From contig JAJDCA010000015.1 in assembly GCA_029261055.1 (NCBI GenBank), positions 83,998 to 147,997 on the forward strand: a DNA stretch of 64,000 nt. The letters run 5' to 3'. The notes under the pieces are model-generated. The model was not told the DNA's origin. It saw only the letters and a list, made by a program, of their open reading frames with translations, and did not search any database. This DNA comes from Candidatus Omnitrophota bacterium (GTDB lineage: Bacteria; Omnitrophota; Gorgyraeia; Zapsychrales; Zapsychraceae). Below are positions 9,502 through 17,736 of the stretch, piece after piece. Within the stretch, counting starts at the first letter, position 1. Each line of letters starts with the position of its first letter. The position numbers and the translations under genes are program-made.

Positions 9502-11742
9502 ATGATATTTTTAAGCATATGGCTCATATCTATCATTGTCACCATGGTTATTGCGGATAAAAGGAATGCGAATGTTGTGGTGTATTTTTTTCTTTCTGTT
9601 TTTTTTGGGCCTTTGGCATTGCTTATTCTTTTGATTGAGGCTGGTTTTTCTAAAAAATCAAAAATATCAGAAGGTGTTTTTGATGTCGAAAGTACTAGGA
9701 GAGAGATTGAGGGGTTCAGAAATCATATTCAACAATTACAACGCAAGATAACGCAGTTGGAGTTAAAGCTTAATAAAATAAGTGGAGAAGATGAAAAAGA
9801 AAGTGTCGAAAAATTAAGACCAAAAGATATTCAGAAATGTGTTAATCAGGCTAAGACGGCAGAGGGGCGTACTGGACAAAAAGTTGCCTCTAAAAAGCGG
9901 GAAGTTTCGGGTGATATTGAATCGAGGTTGGGACGGTTTTGGCTTAATAAATTGGGTATCGTTATTTTTACTCTCGGGATGGGGTTTTTGATTAGGTACA
10001 CCTTTAAGTACACGCCGCCTTTTTTGAAAATTCTTTTTGGGTATATTGTGAGTGCAGCGATGTTTGTTTTTGGAAACAAAATATCTAAGAAAGAAGGATT
10101 TCGGCAATTTGGATATGCCTTATTAGGCGGTGGCTGGGCCTTAACGTATTTTACGACTTATGCGATGCATCATTTTGAGGCATCCCGGATTATTGAAAGT
10201 CAGTGGGTGGATATTGGTCTTTTAGGTATTGTTATCTTGGGCATGTTTAAACATGCTTTGAAATTTAAATCCGAGGCGGTGATCGCTATGGCGCTGTTTG
10301 TGGCTTTTGTCACAACCACGATTGGACACATCACGCCTTTTACGCTTATTTCATTGATATTATTGTCAGCTGTTGTTTTGGTTTTGGTGTACAAGTTTAA
10401 GTGGACGAATATCCTTTTTCTTGGCATAGGTTTAACCTACCTCATTCATTATTTTTGGGTTATTCCAAACAGCCCTCAGCAGGGGAGTCATTTAAATTTT
10501 GCTTTTTTGTGTATGTATGGGTTTAGTTATTTTCTTGGGACACACATAATCAAAATTCCTTCACGAGGTGCTAAACATATTTCGGAACGGTTATCCGCAG
10601 CCAATGTAGGCAATTTTGTTTTCTTTAGTATGATCGGGTATCCCCTCATGACAAAATTGTTTTTTACGCAGAGGTTTTTGATTGTTCTCGCTGTAGGGGC
10701 TGTTTATTTAGCCGCCGCTTTTTGGATGAAACAGAGGAAGAGTCAAAATATTTTTGTCAGCGATGTGGTAATCGGTATTTTAGCCATCACGATGGCCATT
10801 CCTTTAAAATTTGATTATTCGACGACCCTTTTGTTGTGGTTGGTGGAAATACCATTTTTACTTTACGCCGGATTTCATTTTCGGCAGAGTGTTTATCGAT
10901 ATCTTAGTTATGCGGTGACCGTGGTTCAAGTTGGCCGGTTTGTTTTTGAATGCGCGAGTAGCCACATAACGGTACGGATGAGTTTTCTGGGAATGACGTT
11001 AAGCTGGGTTGAATTTATGCTTTTATCAGCGGCTATTGCGTTTGCGGTGTGTTCTTACATCGGGCAAAAATTTAAAATAGAAAAGGTGGCTACGGAGGAA
11101 GATAATTTTTTTAATCATGTCTTTTCTGCGCTTTCGTGGATTAGCCTAACGGCATGGATATGGTCCGTTGCATATGATCACTGGCTGACGTTTCATTTGT
11201 CTTTGGAAGCGGTTCTTATTTTTGGCATCGGCATGCTGTTTTCGTTGAAACGGTTTTATGTGTATGCGTATTGTTTATTGGTGACTGCTTTGGGGCTCTT
11301 TATAGTTGTCAACGATTTTCCCACAACGTTTGGACTTAAATGGATGGTTTTGGTTTTTGAGGCGTGCAGCTATTTTCTGATTTATGTTTTGTCTAAGTAC
11401 GTCATCCCAAGAATCAAGAGCAGCAAGGTACCGGAAAATGAATATCATGCCGTTTTTATTGGTGGGTTAATTTTTTTGGCGTACGGTATTTTTAAGTATG
11501 TTTTTGCCGGCTGGATATCTTTGGTATTAGGCATTACAGGTGTTCTTTTTAATCTTGTAGGATTGTTAGCAAGGGATAAACCCGCTAGAATAGGCGGTTT
11601 AGTTTTTTTAGGAATAACATTACTACGCGTTTTTCTAGTCGATTTATCTCAGATGGATATTGTAATTAAAATTATTAGTTTTATGGTTTTAGGAGTGCTA
11701 TTTGTAGGCGTATCGTTTCTTTACAATAAGTATTCTAAATAA
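9502..11742 (+). CDS. DUF2339-like polytopic membrane protein
   Basis: Coiled coil, then IESRLGRFWLNKLG and many TM helices; C-terminal VFLVDLS...IISFMVLG..SFLY. Confidence 0.8.
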   Translation: MIFLSIWLISIIVTMVIADKRNANVVVYFFLSVFFGPLALLILLIEAGFSKKSKISEGVFDVESTRREIEGFRNHIQQLQRKITQLELKLNKISGEDEKESVEKLRPKDIQKCVNQAKTAEGRTGQKVASKKREVSGDIESRLGRFWLNKLGIVIFTLGMGFLIRYTFKYTPPFLKILFGYIVSAAMFVFGNKISKKEGFRQFGYALLGGGWALTYFTTYAMHHFEASRIIESQWVDIGLLGIVILGMFKHALKFKSEAVIAMALFVAFVTTTIGHITPFTLISLILLSAVVLVLVYKFKWTNILFLGIGLTYLIHYFWVIPNSPQQGSHLNFAFLCMYGFSYFLGTHIIKIPSRGAKHISERLSAANVGNFVFFSMIGYPLMTKLFFTQRFLIVLAVGAVYLAAAFWMKQRKSQNIFVSDVVIGILAITMAIPLKFDYSTTLLLWLVEIPFLLYAGFHFRQSVYRYLSYAVTVVQVGRFVFECASSHITVRMSFLGMTLSWVEFMLLSAAIAFAVCSYIGQKFKIEKVATEEDNFFNHVFSALSWISLTAWIWSVAYDHWLTFHLSLEAVLIFGIGMLFSLKRFYVYAYCLLVTALGLFIVVNDFPTTFGLKWMVLVFEACSYFLIYVLSKYVIPRIKSSKVPENEYHAVFIGGLIFLAYGIFKYVFAGWISLVLGITGVLFNLVGLLARDKPARIGGLVFLGITLLRVFLVDLSQMDIVIKIISFMVLGVLFVGVSFLYNKYSK

Positions 11743-11754
11743 AAAATAAAAGAC

Positions 11755-11893
11755 AAAGAAGTAAGAAGTAAAGAGGCCAGAGGCAGAGCCTCAAAGAGGC
11801 AAGATGCAGAGAAGTAAAAAGGTAAGGTGCAGAGAAATAGGATATAAAGTTATTTTTTTCTTTGCTTCTTACTTCTTTATCTCTATGCCTCTC
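11755..11893. repeat. Purine-rich short degenerate repeats followed by their pyrimidine-rich complement
   Basis: aaagaagtaagaagtaaaga (11755-11774) pairs with tctttgcttcttacttcttt (11859-11878). Also agaggca/tgcctct units. Confidence 0.6.
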
Positions 11894-11913
11894 TTACACA
11901 AGGAGATAATGCT

Positions 11914-12177
11914 ATGTCAAATTTGAGGGAAATATTTCATGAAATAGGTAATTGGCACAATAAAATAAGTATTGTGGCCGGTGTGACAAGAGATATATTG
12001 ACAGGCGAGGATATAGATGCCTTATCAAAAGATGAAATAAAAGAAAAAATTACAAAAATGGTTGATGGATTTAAGAAGATCGAAGATTATGTAATCAACA
12101 CGGATAAGACAATGAGCCATTTGAAGGCTTTTGTTTACAAACAATTAGATCCTGATGCAGAATGCAAGGCGGATTGA
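11914..12177 (+). CDS. Small helical protein resembling a stand-alone HisKA (DHp) domain
   Basis: RBS aaggag; FHEIGNWHNKISIVAG is H-box-like; 87 aa with no HATPase domain. Confidence 0.5.
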   Translation: MSNLREIFHEIGNWHNKISIVAGVTRDILTGEDIDALSKDEIKEKITKMVDGFKKIEDYVINTDKTMSHLKAFVYKQLDPDAECKAD

Positions 12178-12186
12178 GGTAATAGG

Positions 12187-12408
12187 ATGTTTAGTTTTTA
12201 TGTTGTCGTATTTGGAATACTTTGCCTGATGCTATTGCTGCGTTCTAGCATAAGTTTGAAAGGCAAAGTTATTGGATTAGTAATAATAACTTCGGTTTTA
12301 TTATGGGTTGAAAAAACCCAATGGTGCACCTCATTAGCCTGGCGCGTGTGGTCGATGTTAAAATACTACGTAGCCCTTGCCGTTTATCATCTCAAGAATT
12401 TCCTATAA
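12187..12408 (+). CDS. Small membrane protein, unknown function
   Basis: Two hydrophobic segments; gaggt/agga upstream. Confidence 0.5.
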   Translation: MFSFYVVVFGILCLMLLLRSSISLKGKVIGLVIITSVLLWVEKTQWCTSLAWRVWSMLKYYVALAVYHLKNFL

Positions 12409-12489
12409 AATACCCTCGCCAGTCATTTTTGATTTTCATATGTTATACTTCTTAATGAATATATATTAATATTAGAAGAAGTAATTATT

Positions 12490-14739
12490 ATGTTAAAAAG
12501 ACGACACAATCTATTGTTCCGTTTGATGGCTGTATTTGTGATAGGGGCGTTTTCGTTAAACCTTATCATACTGCCCGCACAATCTTACGCGCAGAGCCGG
12601 TCTTCTGCCAATCTACCTGTTCCTGGGACGATGATTCATCCGAGCGAGCCTTTTTCACCTGTCTTAATCAAAGGGGTAAAGGTCTTTTCAGATAATCCTT
12701 TTCGGTTTGATTTTATTGTTAATCCTGGAGATGATGATTTAGAAGGGGATGCTTTGAAGGAAGAGTCGAATCGATTAATTAAATATTTTTTGGCCTCGTT
12801 AACAATTCCAGAGAAGGATATGTGGGTGAATCTTTCGCCGTATGAGGCTGATCGGATTATTCCGGGAAAGTTTGGTGAAACAGAGATGGGGCGTGATATG
12901 TTAGCGCAAGATTACATTTTGAAACAATTGACAGCATCTTTGATGTACCCGGAAGGGGAGATCGGCGAAAAATTTTGGGAACGTGTGTACGCAGAGGCGT
13001 ACGAAAAATATGGTATTACAGATATTCCAGTTGATACATTCCATAAAGTGTGGATTTTGCCAGCCAAAGCTGTGGTGTATGAAAATGCAGAAAATAACAC
13101 GGCGTTTGTGATGGAGAGTCGATTGAAGGTGATGCTGGAGGAGGACTATTTGGCGATGGCGAATAATATGAATCGTAGGGGTTTGATTCATCAAACCCAA
13201 GACAAGGGCATGATAAATCATGCCCCTACGACAACCATCCTTCGCGAAATTATCCTCCCCGAAATCGAACGCGAAGTCAACGAAGGCAAACACTTCGCCC
13301 CTTTACGCCAAATCTATCATTCCCTTATCCTCGCCACATGGTTCAAACGCAATTTACAAGAAAGCCTTTTAGGCCAGGGATATGTCGGTAAGAATAAAGT
13401 CGAAGGCGTCAATATCGAAGACAAAAATGCCAAAGAAAAAATTTATCAACAGTATGTCGATGCCTTTAAAAAGGGCGTCTATGATTTAATCCGAGAAGAG
13501 TATGATCCTAATACCCAAGAAATTGTGCCACGTAAGTATTTTTCGGGGGGAATTGTGACGAATTTGAATGTGGGGGAGGTTTATGAGAGTCAAAAAGAGA
13601 ATTTTGATGTGGCGATGATGAATGATTCTAAGAAATTAATACAAGTAATTACAAATTTTATTAAATTAAATGAAGAGGATTTAATTTACAAAAATTTTCC
13701 TCTTGAAACAGGGCTTAATTTTGGAAAGATATCAAAATTAATTTCGGAGAAGGCTCATCAAACATTTCTTGATAACCACAAGAATGAGTTTGAATCTATG
13801 GGGTTTACAAATTTAAGACTTCGAGATGATATAGATAAAATGAAAGGAAAATCCGGGGCATATTTTTTTCGAGCAAAAGATAAGGAAAAGAAAGAAGTTA
13901 TGATTCGTATAGGAAATGGGATATTCCCCATTATTCACTTATTTAAAGGAAAGAAATCTCATCCTAATATTATGCAGGTTTATAAAAATGGAGAGCTAAA
14001 GGATGGACAGGGATTTATTGTCTTAGAATTTATAGAAGGAGAGAATCTTTCAGATTTTATTCAGAGAAAAGATCATATTACAGGTGAGGAGATTAAACGT
14101 GTTTTTTATCAACTTCTTTCTGCGCTTGAATATTTTATTCTTAATGACATTATATTTTCTGATTTTAAACCTGATAATATTAGAATTTCCAAAGATAAAA
14201 AGCAGGTTACTGTTATTGATTTTCATTCCGCAAAGAGTATGTATGATAAAGAATTTCAGAAGGATATTCAATTAGAACAGCCATTAGTGTTTATGAGTCG
14301 TGTAATTTTTAAATTAACACAACAATCTGTAAAAAATAATAGTGAATTGATTGAAATAAGAAAAGTAATAAATAGCATTCATGAATATTCTCAATATTTG
14401 GAAGAAAAAAATAAATTTGGAAATATCGAAGAAAAAAAAGATGTGTTTTTAGGTCGAATAAATATGTTTAAAGAATATGTCTCTGATCAAGCATCTCTTG
14501 TGAATAATGATCCGCTTGGTGGTATTGACTTTAATCCGCAGGACTTAGCTATTGAGACGCAGGGGGATGGGGTGCGTATGGGGTTAGGATTGAATAGTGT
14601 TCCTTGTGAGGAAGAGGGTGCAGATAGCTCTAAGCCCTGTCAGCGTTGGGATCCTCAGGTATTGGAGAGGTCGACAGGTTTAAGTCCTGTTATTTTGAAT
14701 GTTGTTCCGCTGGATGATTTATCTGCTTTCCTTAATTAA
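12490..14739 (+). CDS. Exported modular protein: signal peptide + N-terminal domain + kinase-like cargo + GGIDFN C-terminal domain
   Basis: Signal peptide ending ..AQSYA; N-domain (NPFRFDFI, WVNLSPYE, GRDMLAQDYILKQLTASL, PRKYFSGG); DVAMM at aa 373; HPNI, LEFIEG, DFKPDN and IDF kinase motifs; DQASL at aa 666; GGIDFNP at aa 677. Confidence 0.85.
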   Translation: MLKRRHNLLFRLMAVFVIGAFSLNLIILPAQSYAQSRSSANLPVPGTMIHPSEPFSPVLIKGVKVFSDNPFRFDFIVNPGDDDLEGDALKEESNRLIKYFLASLTIPEKDMWVNLSPYEADRIIPGKFGETEMGRDMLAQDYILKQLTASLMYPEGEIGEKFWERVYAEAYEKYGITDIPVDTFHKVWILPAKAVVYENAENNTAFVMESRLKVMLEEDYLAMANNMNRRGLIHQTQDKGMINHAPTTTILREIILPEIEREVNEGKHFAPLRQIYHSLILATWFKRNLQESLLGQGYVGKNKVEGVNIEDKNAKEKIYQQYVDAFKKGVYDLIREEYDPNTQEIVPRKYFSGGIVTNLNVGEVYESQKENFDVAMMNDSKKLIQVITNFIKLNEEDLIYKNFPLETGLNFGKISKLISEKAHQTFLDNHKNEFESMGFTNLRLRDDIDKMKGKSGAYFFRAKDKEKKEVMIRIGNGIFPIIHLFKGKKSHPNIMQVYKNGELKDGQGFIVLEFIEGENLSDFIQRKDHITGEEIKRVFYQLLSALEYFILNDIIFSDFKPDNIRISKDKKQVTVIDFHSAKSMYDKEFQKDIQLEQPLVFMSRVIFKLTQQSVKNNSELIEIRKVINSIHEYSQYLEEKNKFGNIEEKKDVFLGRINMFKEYVSDQASLVNNDPLGGIDFNPQDLAIETQGDGVRMGLGLNSVPCEEEGADSSKPCQRWDPQVLERSTGLSPVILNVVPLDDLSAFLN
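13173..13231. repeat. GTAG-type REP doublet (REPIN-like) inside the CDS
   Basis: GTAG+gggtttgat-tc-atcaaaccc on +, and GTAG+gggcatgat-tt-atcatgccc on -. Outer IR tcgtagggg/cccctacga. Confidence 0.8.
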
Positions 14740-14771
14740 GAGATTGGCCAAAAAAATGTTCTGCCAATCTC
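14740..14771. terminator. Hairpin between convergent genes
   Basis: gagattggc (14740-14748) / gccaatctc (14763-14771). Confidence 0.45.
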
Positions 14772-14799
14772 CAAAGCGGCTTTAATTCCCCGAGGTGGT

Positions 14800-15075
14800 T
14801 TATTCCATGAGTTTTTTGATAGCGTCTTTTTTTTCTTCGGGAAGGCATTTGTGGGAAGGAGGGGAGTCTTTTTCTAGGGCGGAGGTATATTGACCAAAAA
14901 TTTTATGAAAGCCGCGGAGTTGGCGGCGGTATTTGATGCACATTCGGCACATTATTAAATGTACATTGAGTTTTATGGTTTCACCGAAGGTTAGCTTTTC
15001 CTCAAGGCTTTTGGAAATCAATTCCGTGGCAATTCTACACGATGTAATATCTTTTAATTTCATGCTTTTATCCAA
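14800..15075 (-). CDS. Zinc-finger (zf-HC2/ZAS) anti-sigma factor
   Basis: SCRIATELIS...HLIMCRMC (HxxxCxxC); directly downstream of the ECF sigma. Confidence 0.88.
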   Translation of the reverse strand: MDKSMKLKDITSCRIATELISKSLEEKLTFGETIKLNVHLIMCRMCIKYRRQLRGFHKIFGQYTSALEKDSPPSHKCLPEEKKDAIKKLME

Positions 15076-15647
15076 TGGGTATCAATGCAGTCCCTTAATA
15101 GGGAACGGGCGCGGTGGAGTAGTACGTAAAGGTTAGACGTCGTTATTCCCAGAATATTACAAATTTCTTTAACATTCATATGCTCAACTTCACGCATGGT
15201 GAATGCTTGAGCCCCTACAGCAGCGAGTTTTCCCAGGCACATCTCAAAAATTTTCCAGAATTCTTTTTTCTCTAGAAGTTCGTTTGGATTAGGAATCCAA
15301 TTGGACGGGCTTTTTTTGTGGCATTCTCGTTGCGCCATTTTAAATAAATGATCCACCGATAAATCGTCTATGTTGATTTGTTCTGATGAACGTGTTTTGT
15401 ATTTTGCCCGCAGAAAATCCATAATTTTATTTTTGAGAATACTGATCAACCAGGAAAATTCTGAGGCTTCACCACGGTATTGTTCACGTGCTTTAAAGGC
15501 GGAAAGAAATGTTTCCTGCACGAGGTCTTGAGCCACTTCGACTTTATTAATGCGTGATAAAGCGTAACGATAAAGGCGGTCGCCGTATAAATCCACCCAT
15601 TGTTTGGCATCCTGTGAAGAGTATTTTTTTGGAGAATTGTCTGTCAT
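15060..15647 (-). CDS. ECF RNA polymerase sigma factor
   Basis: Region 2 AQDLVQETFLSA..WLISILKNK; region 4 EICNILGIT..NLYVLLHRAR. Confidence 0.93.
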   Translation of the reverse strand: MTDNSPKKYSSQDAKQWVDLYGDRLYRYALSRINKVEVAQDLVQETFLSAFKAREQYRGEASEFSWLISILKNKIMDFLRAKYKTRSSEQINIDDLSVDHLFKMAQRECHKKSPSNWIPNPNELLEKKEFWKIFEMCLGKLAAVGAQAFTMREVEHMNVKEICNILGITTSNLYVLLHRARSLLRDCIDTHWIKA

Positions 15648-15656
15648 GATATTTCA

Positions 15657-15724
15657 TACCAAATCCATTAAATAATTGTACTATCTTTAGCAAGGATTTT
15701 GGTCATTATTTAATGGATTTGGTA
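15657..15724. mobile_element. MITE family A, copy 1
   Basis: Perfect 20-bp TIR taccaaatccattaaataat, flanked by 3-bp direct repeat TCA; related copy at 50294-50395. Confidence 0.8.
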
Positions 15725-15760
15725 TCATTATAGTCAATTTTCTGAAAATTGGAAAATTTT

Positions 15761-15787
15761 TGTAAGAAAAAGGTTAGTTTTGCGTCT
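15761..15787 (+). promoter_or_regulatory. Candidate ECF-sigma promoter TGTAAG-N16-CGTCT
   Basis: Same motif and spacing recur at 21162 and 48951. Confidence 0.55.
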
Positions 15788-15836
15788 TCCCATTAAGAGA
15801 TTGTCCAAAAACAACTTGGACAACTCCTAAACACAA

Positions 15837-16217
15837 ATGAAAATGATGGGAGGAACAATGAAGAAACAACAAAGATTTGAAGAACACGTTAACGCCAATA
15901 TTAAGAATATTCTATTACCGCTTGTTGAGAAATTAATACTGCGATATGGGCAAGGCAAGGATTTGTTGCAGTTAAAAAAGGAGATTGAAAATATTGTCTC
16001 ATCTTATGGGATCACAATATCAGACCCAGCCTTCAGATTAACACGTAGAGAAATAGAAATTTGTAATATGATCCGAAATGGATTGACAACAAAGCAGATT
16101 GCCGATTTAATAAATATTTCGCCTATCACGGTCGAAAGGCATCGGAACAACATTCGAAAGAAATTTGGTATAAATAATGAAAAAGAAGTATTATCTGATT
16201 ATCTGCGAAGACTTTAG
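15837..16217 (+). CDS. LuxR-type HTH regulator without a sensor domain
   Basis: LTRREIEIC..IRNGLTTKQIADLINISPITVERHRNNIRKK. Start may be the ATG after ggagg near 15858. Confidence 0.85.
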   Translation: MKMMGGTMKKQQRFEEHVNANIKNILLPLVEKLILRYGQGKDLLQLKKEIENIVSSYGITISDPAFRLTRREIEICNMIRNGLTTKQIADLINISPITVERHRNNIRKKFGINNEKEVLSDYLRRL

Positions 16218-16317
16218 TGCATGTTTTTTACAGGTTGTTAGGTTTTATATTTGTTGATATACTAAATTTTTTATAATCCTAAATATTTGGAAAATAATGA
16301 GTTAAAAGAATAAAGAT

Positions 16318-17445
16318 ATGTCTGCACATTTTCAAAGAAATGATATTGATTCAAATTCTTCTGTTTTCAAAATCAGCGGTGTTTTGAATTCAAAATCGGT
16401 GGGGCCGGTCTGGCGTCAAGCCATGCTTGCTTTAGATGATAATCCTCCTAAGAATCTCACTATCGATACTTCTGAGGTTGAGTATTGTGACGGGGCGGGG
16501 ATAGGATTGTTTATTGAGTTGAACCGGCGTCAAAATGAGAAGAAATTTGGTTTTGAAATTGTTGGTTTGAAAGAAGAGTTTCAGCGTTTATTGAATGTTT
16601 TTGATACAGGAAAAGGCATACAAAAGTTAAAAGGTCCAGAAAAGCAAGAAGACGGCCTATTTGTAAACTGGGGCAAGAGTTTTTGCAGCCTTTTGAAGCA
16701 GTTATCTGAAGAGATTATTTTTATCGGATCGCTTTCCTGTGCCATGATTCAGGCGATAAGATCACCTAAAAAGAAAATTCGTTGGAAAGATATGTGGGGG
16801 GCCGTTATCGAAGGCGGAATCGGCGCGCTACCGATTGTTGTCTTAATCAATTTCTTAGTAGGCCTTATTATGGCTTTTCAGGCGGCCATTCCGATGAAAC
16901 AGTTTGGAGCGGATATTTTTGTGGCTGATTTGGTGTCCTTATCTATTTTAAGGGAATTGGGCCCACTTATGACGGCGATTGTATTAGCGGGACGCACCGG
17001 TTCGGCTTTTGCTGCTGAATTGGGAACAATGAAAGTTAATGAAGAAATTGATGCGCTGCATACCATGGGGCTTAATCCGATTAACTTTCTTGTCATCAAT
17101 CGTGTTTTTGCCGTTATTATTTTTATGCCGATCTTAACACTTTTTGCTGATTTAGCCGGATTAATGGGGGGGTCGGTTGTTTTTACATCATTCGGCTATC
17201 CGATGATCACATATTTTAATCAAATCATAAATGCCGTTCAGTTGCACGATTTTCTGGGTGGATTTGTAAAATCATTTGCGTTTGCTTTAATTATAGCCTC
17301 TGTCGGATGTCTTAAAGGTTTAGAAACAAAAACAGGCGCAAGCGCCGTAGGAAAGTCTGCCACCAATGCCGTTGTGACCGGACTAATCCTTATTATTTTA
17401 ACCGATGGAATATTTTCCATCATTTATTATTTTTTAGGAATTTAA
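16318..17445 (+). CDS. mlaE: MlaE family ABC permease with N-terminal STAS domain
   Basis: DGAGIGL STAS segment; RELGPLMTAIVLAGRTGSAFAAELGTMKVNEEIDAL. Confidence 0.92.
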   Translation: MSAHFQRNDIDSNSSVFKISGVLNSKSVGPVWRQAMLALDDNPPKNLTIDTSEVEYCDGAGIGLFIELNRRQNEKKFGFEIVGLKEEFQRLLNVFDTGKGIQKLKGPEKQEDGLFVNWGKSFCSLLKQLSEEIIFIGSLSCAMIQAIRSPKKKIRWKDMWGAVIEGGIGALPIVVLINFLVGLIMAFQAAIPMKQFGADIFVADLVSLSILRELGPLMTAIVLAGRTGSAFAAELGTMKVNEEIDALHTMGLNPINFLVINRVFAVIIFMPILTLFADLAGLMGGSVVFTSFGYPMITYFNQIINAVQLHDFLGGFVKSFAFALIIASVGCLKGLETKTGASAVGKSATNAVVTGLILIILTDGIFSIIYYFLGI

Positions 17446-17452
17446 TGAGACA

Positions 17453-17705
17453 CGAAATCGCTTTCGAGAAAAGATTAACGCATTCGGCTCAGAAGAGATC
17501 TCCTTCTGGTCGATCTCTAATTCGTCTCATGCCTCAATCTTTTCTCTACGCGATTACGGCGCTTAATTTATAAAGTATCGGTCAACCCGTCTTATCAAGA
17601 GGTTGTGTTAAAGCCTGCAGGCGAATTGGAGGCCGAGCAGAACGAGGTCTCCTCTGAGCCGGAAGGTTTTAACACAACCTCCAATAGACGGGTTGACTTG
17701 AAAGT
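17453..17705. repeat. Composite palindromic element B, copy 1 (two stem-loop units, second carrying a nested insert)
   Basis: Stems gagaaaagatt/aatcttttctc, gtcaacccgtct/agacgggttgac and gaggttgtgttaaa/tttaacacaacctc; homologous to 20011-20228. Confidence 0.8.
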
Positions 17706-17736
17706 GTCTTTTAATTTTGACGCTATGGTTTAAATT

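Noticed and set aside
12490-14739. Diversity-generating retroelement as the cause of variability or skew
   Set aside because: No reverse transcriptase and no template/variable repeat pair differing at adenines in the window.
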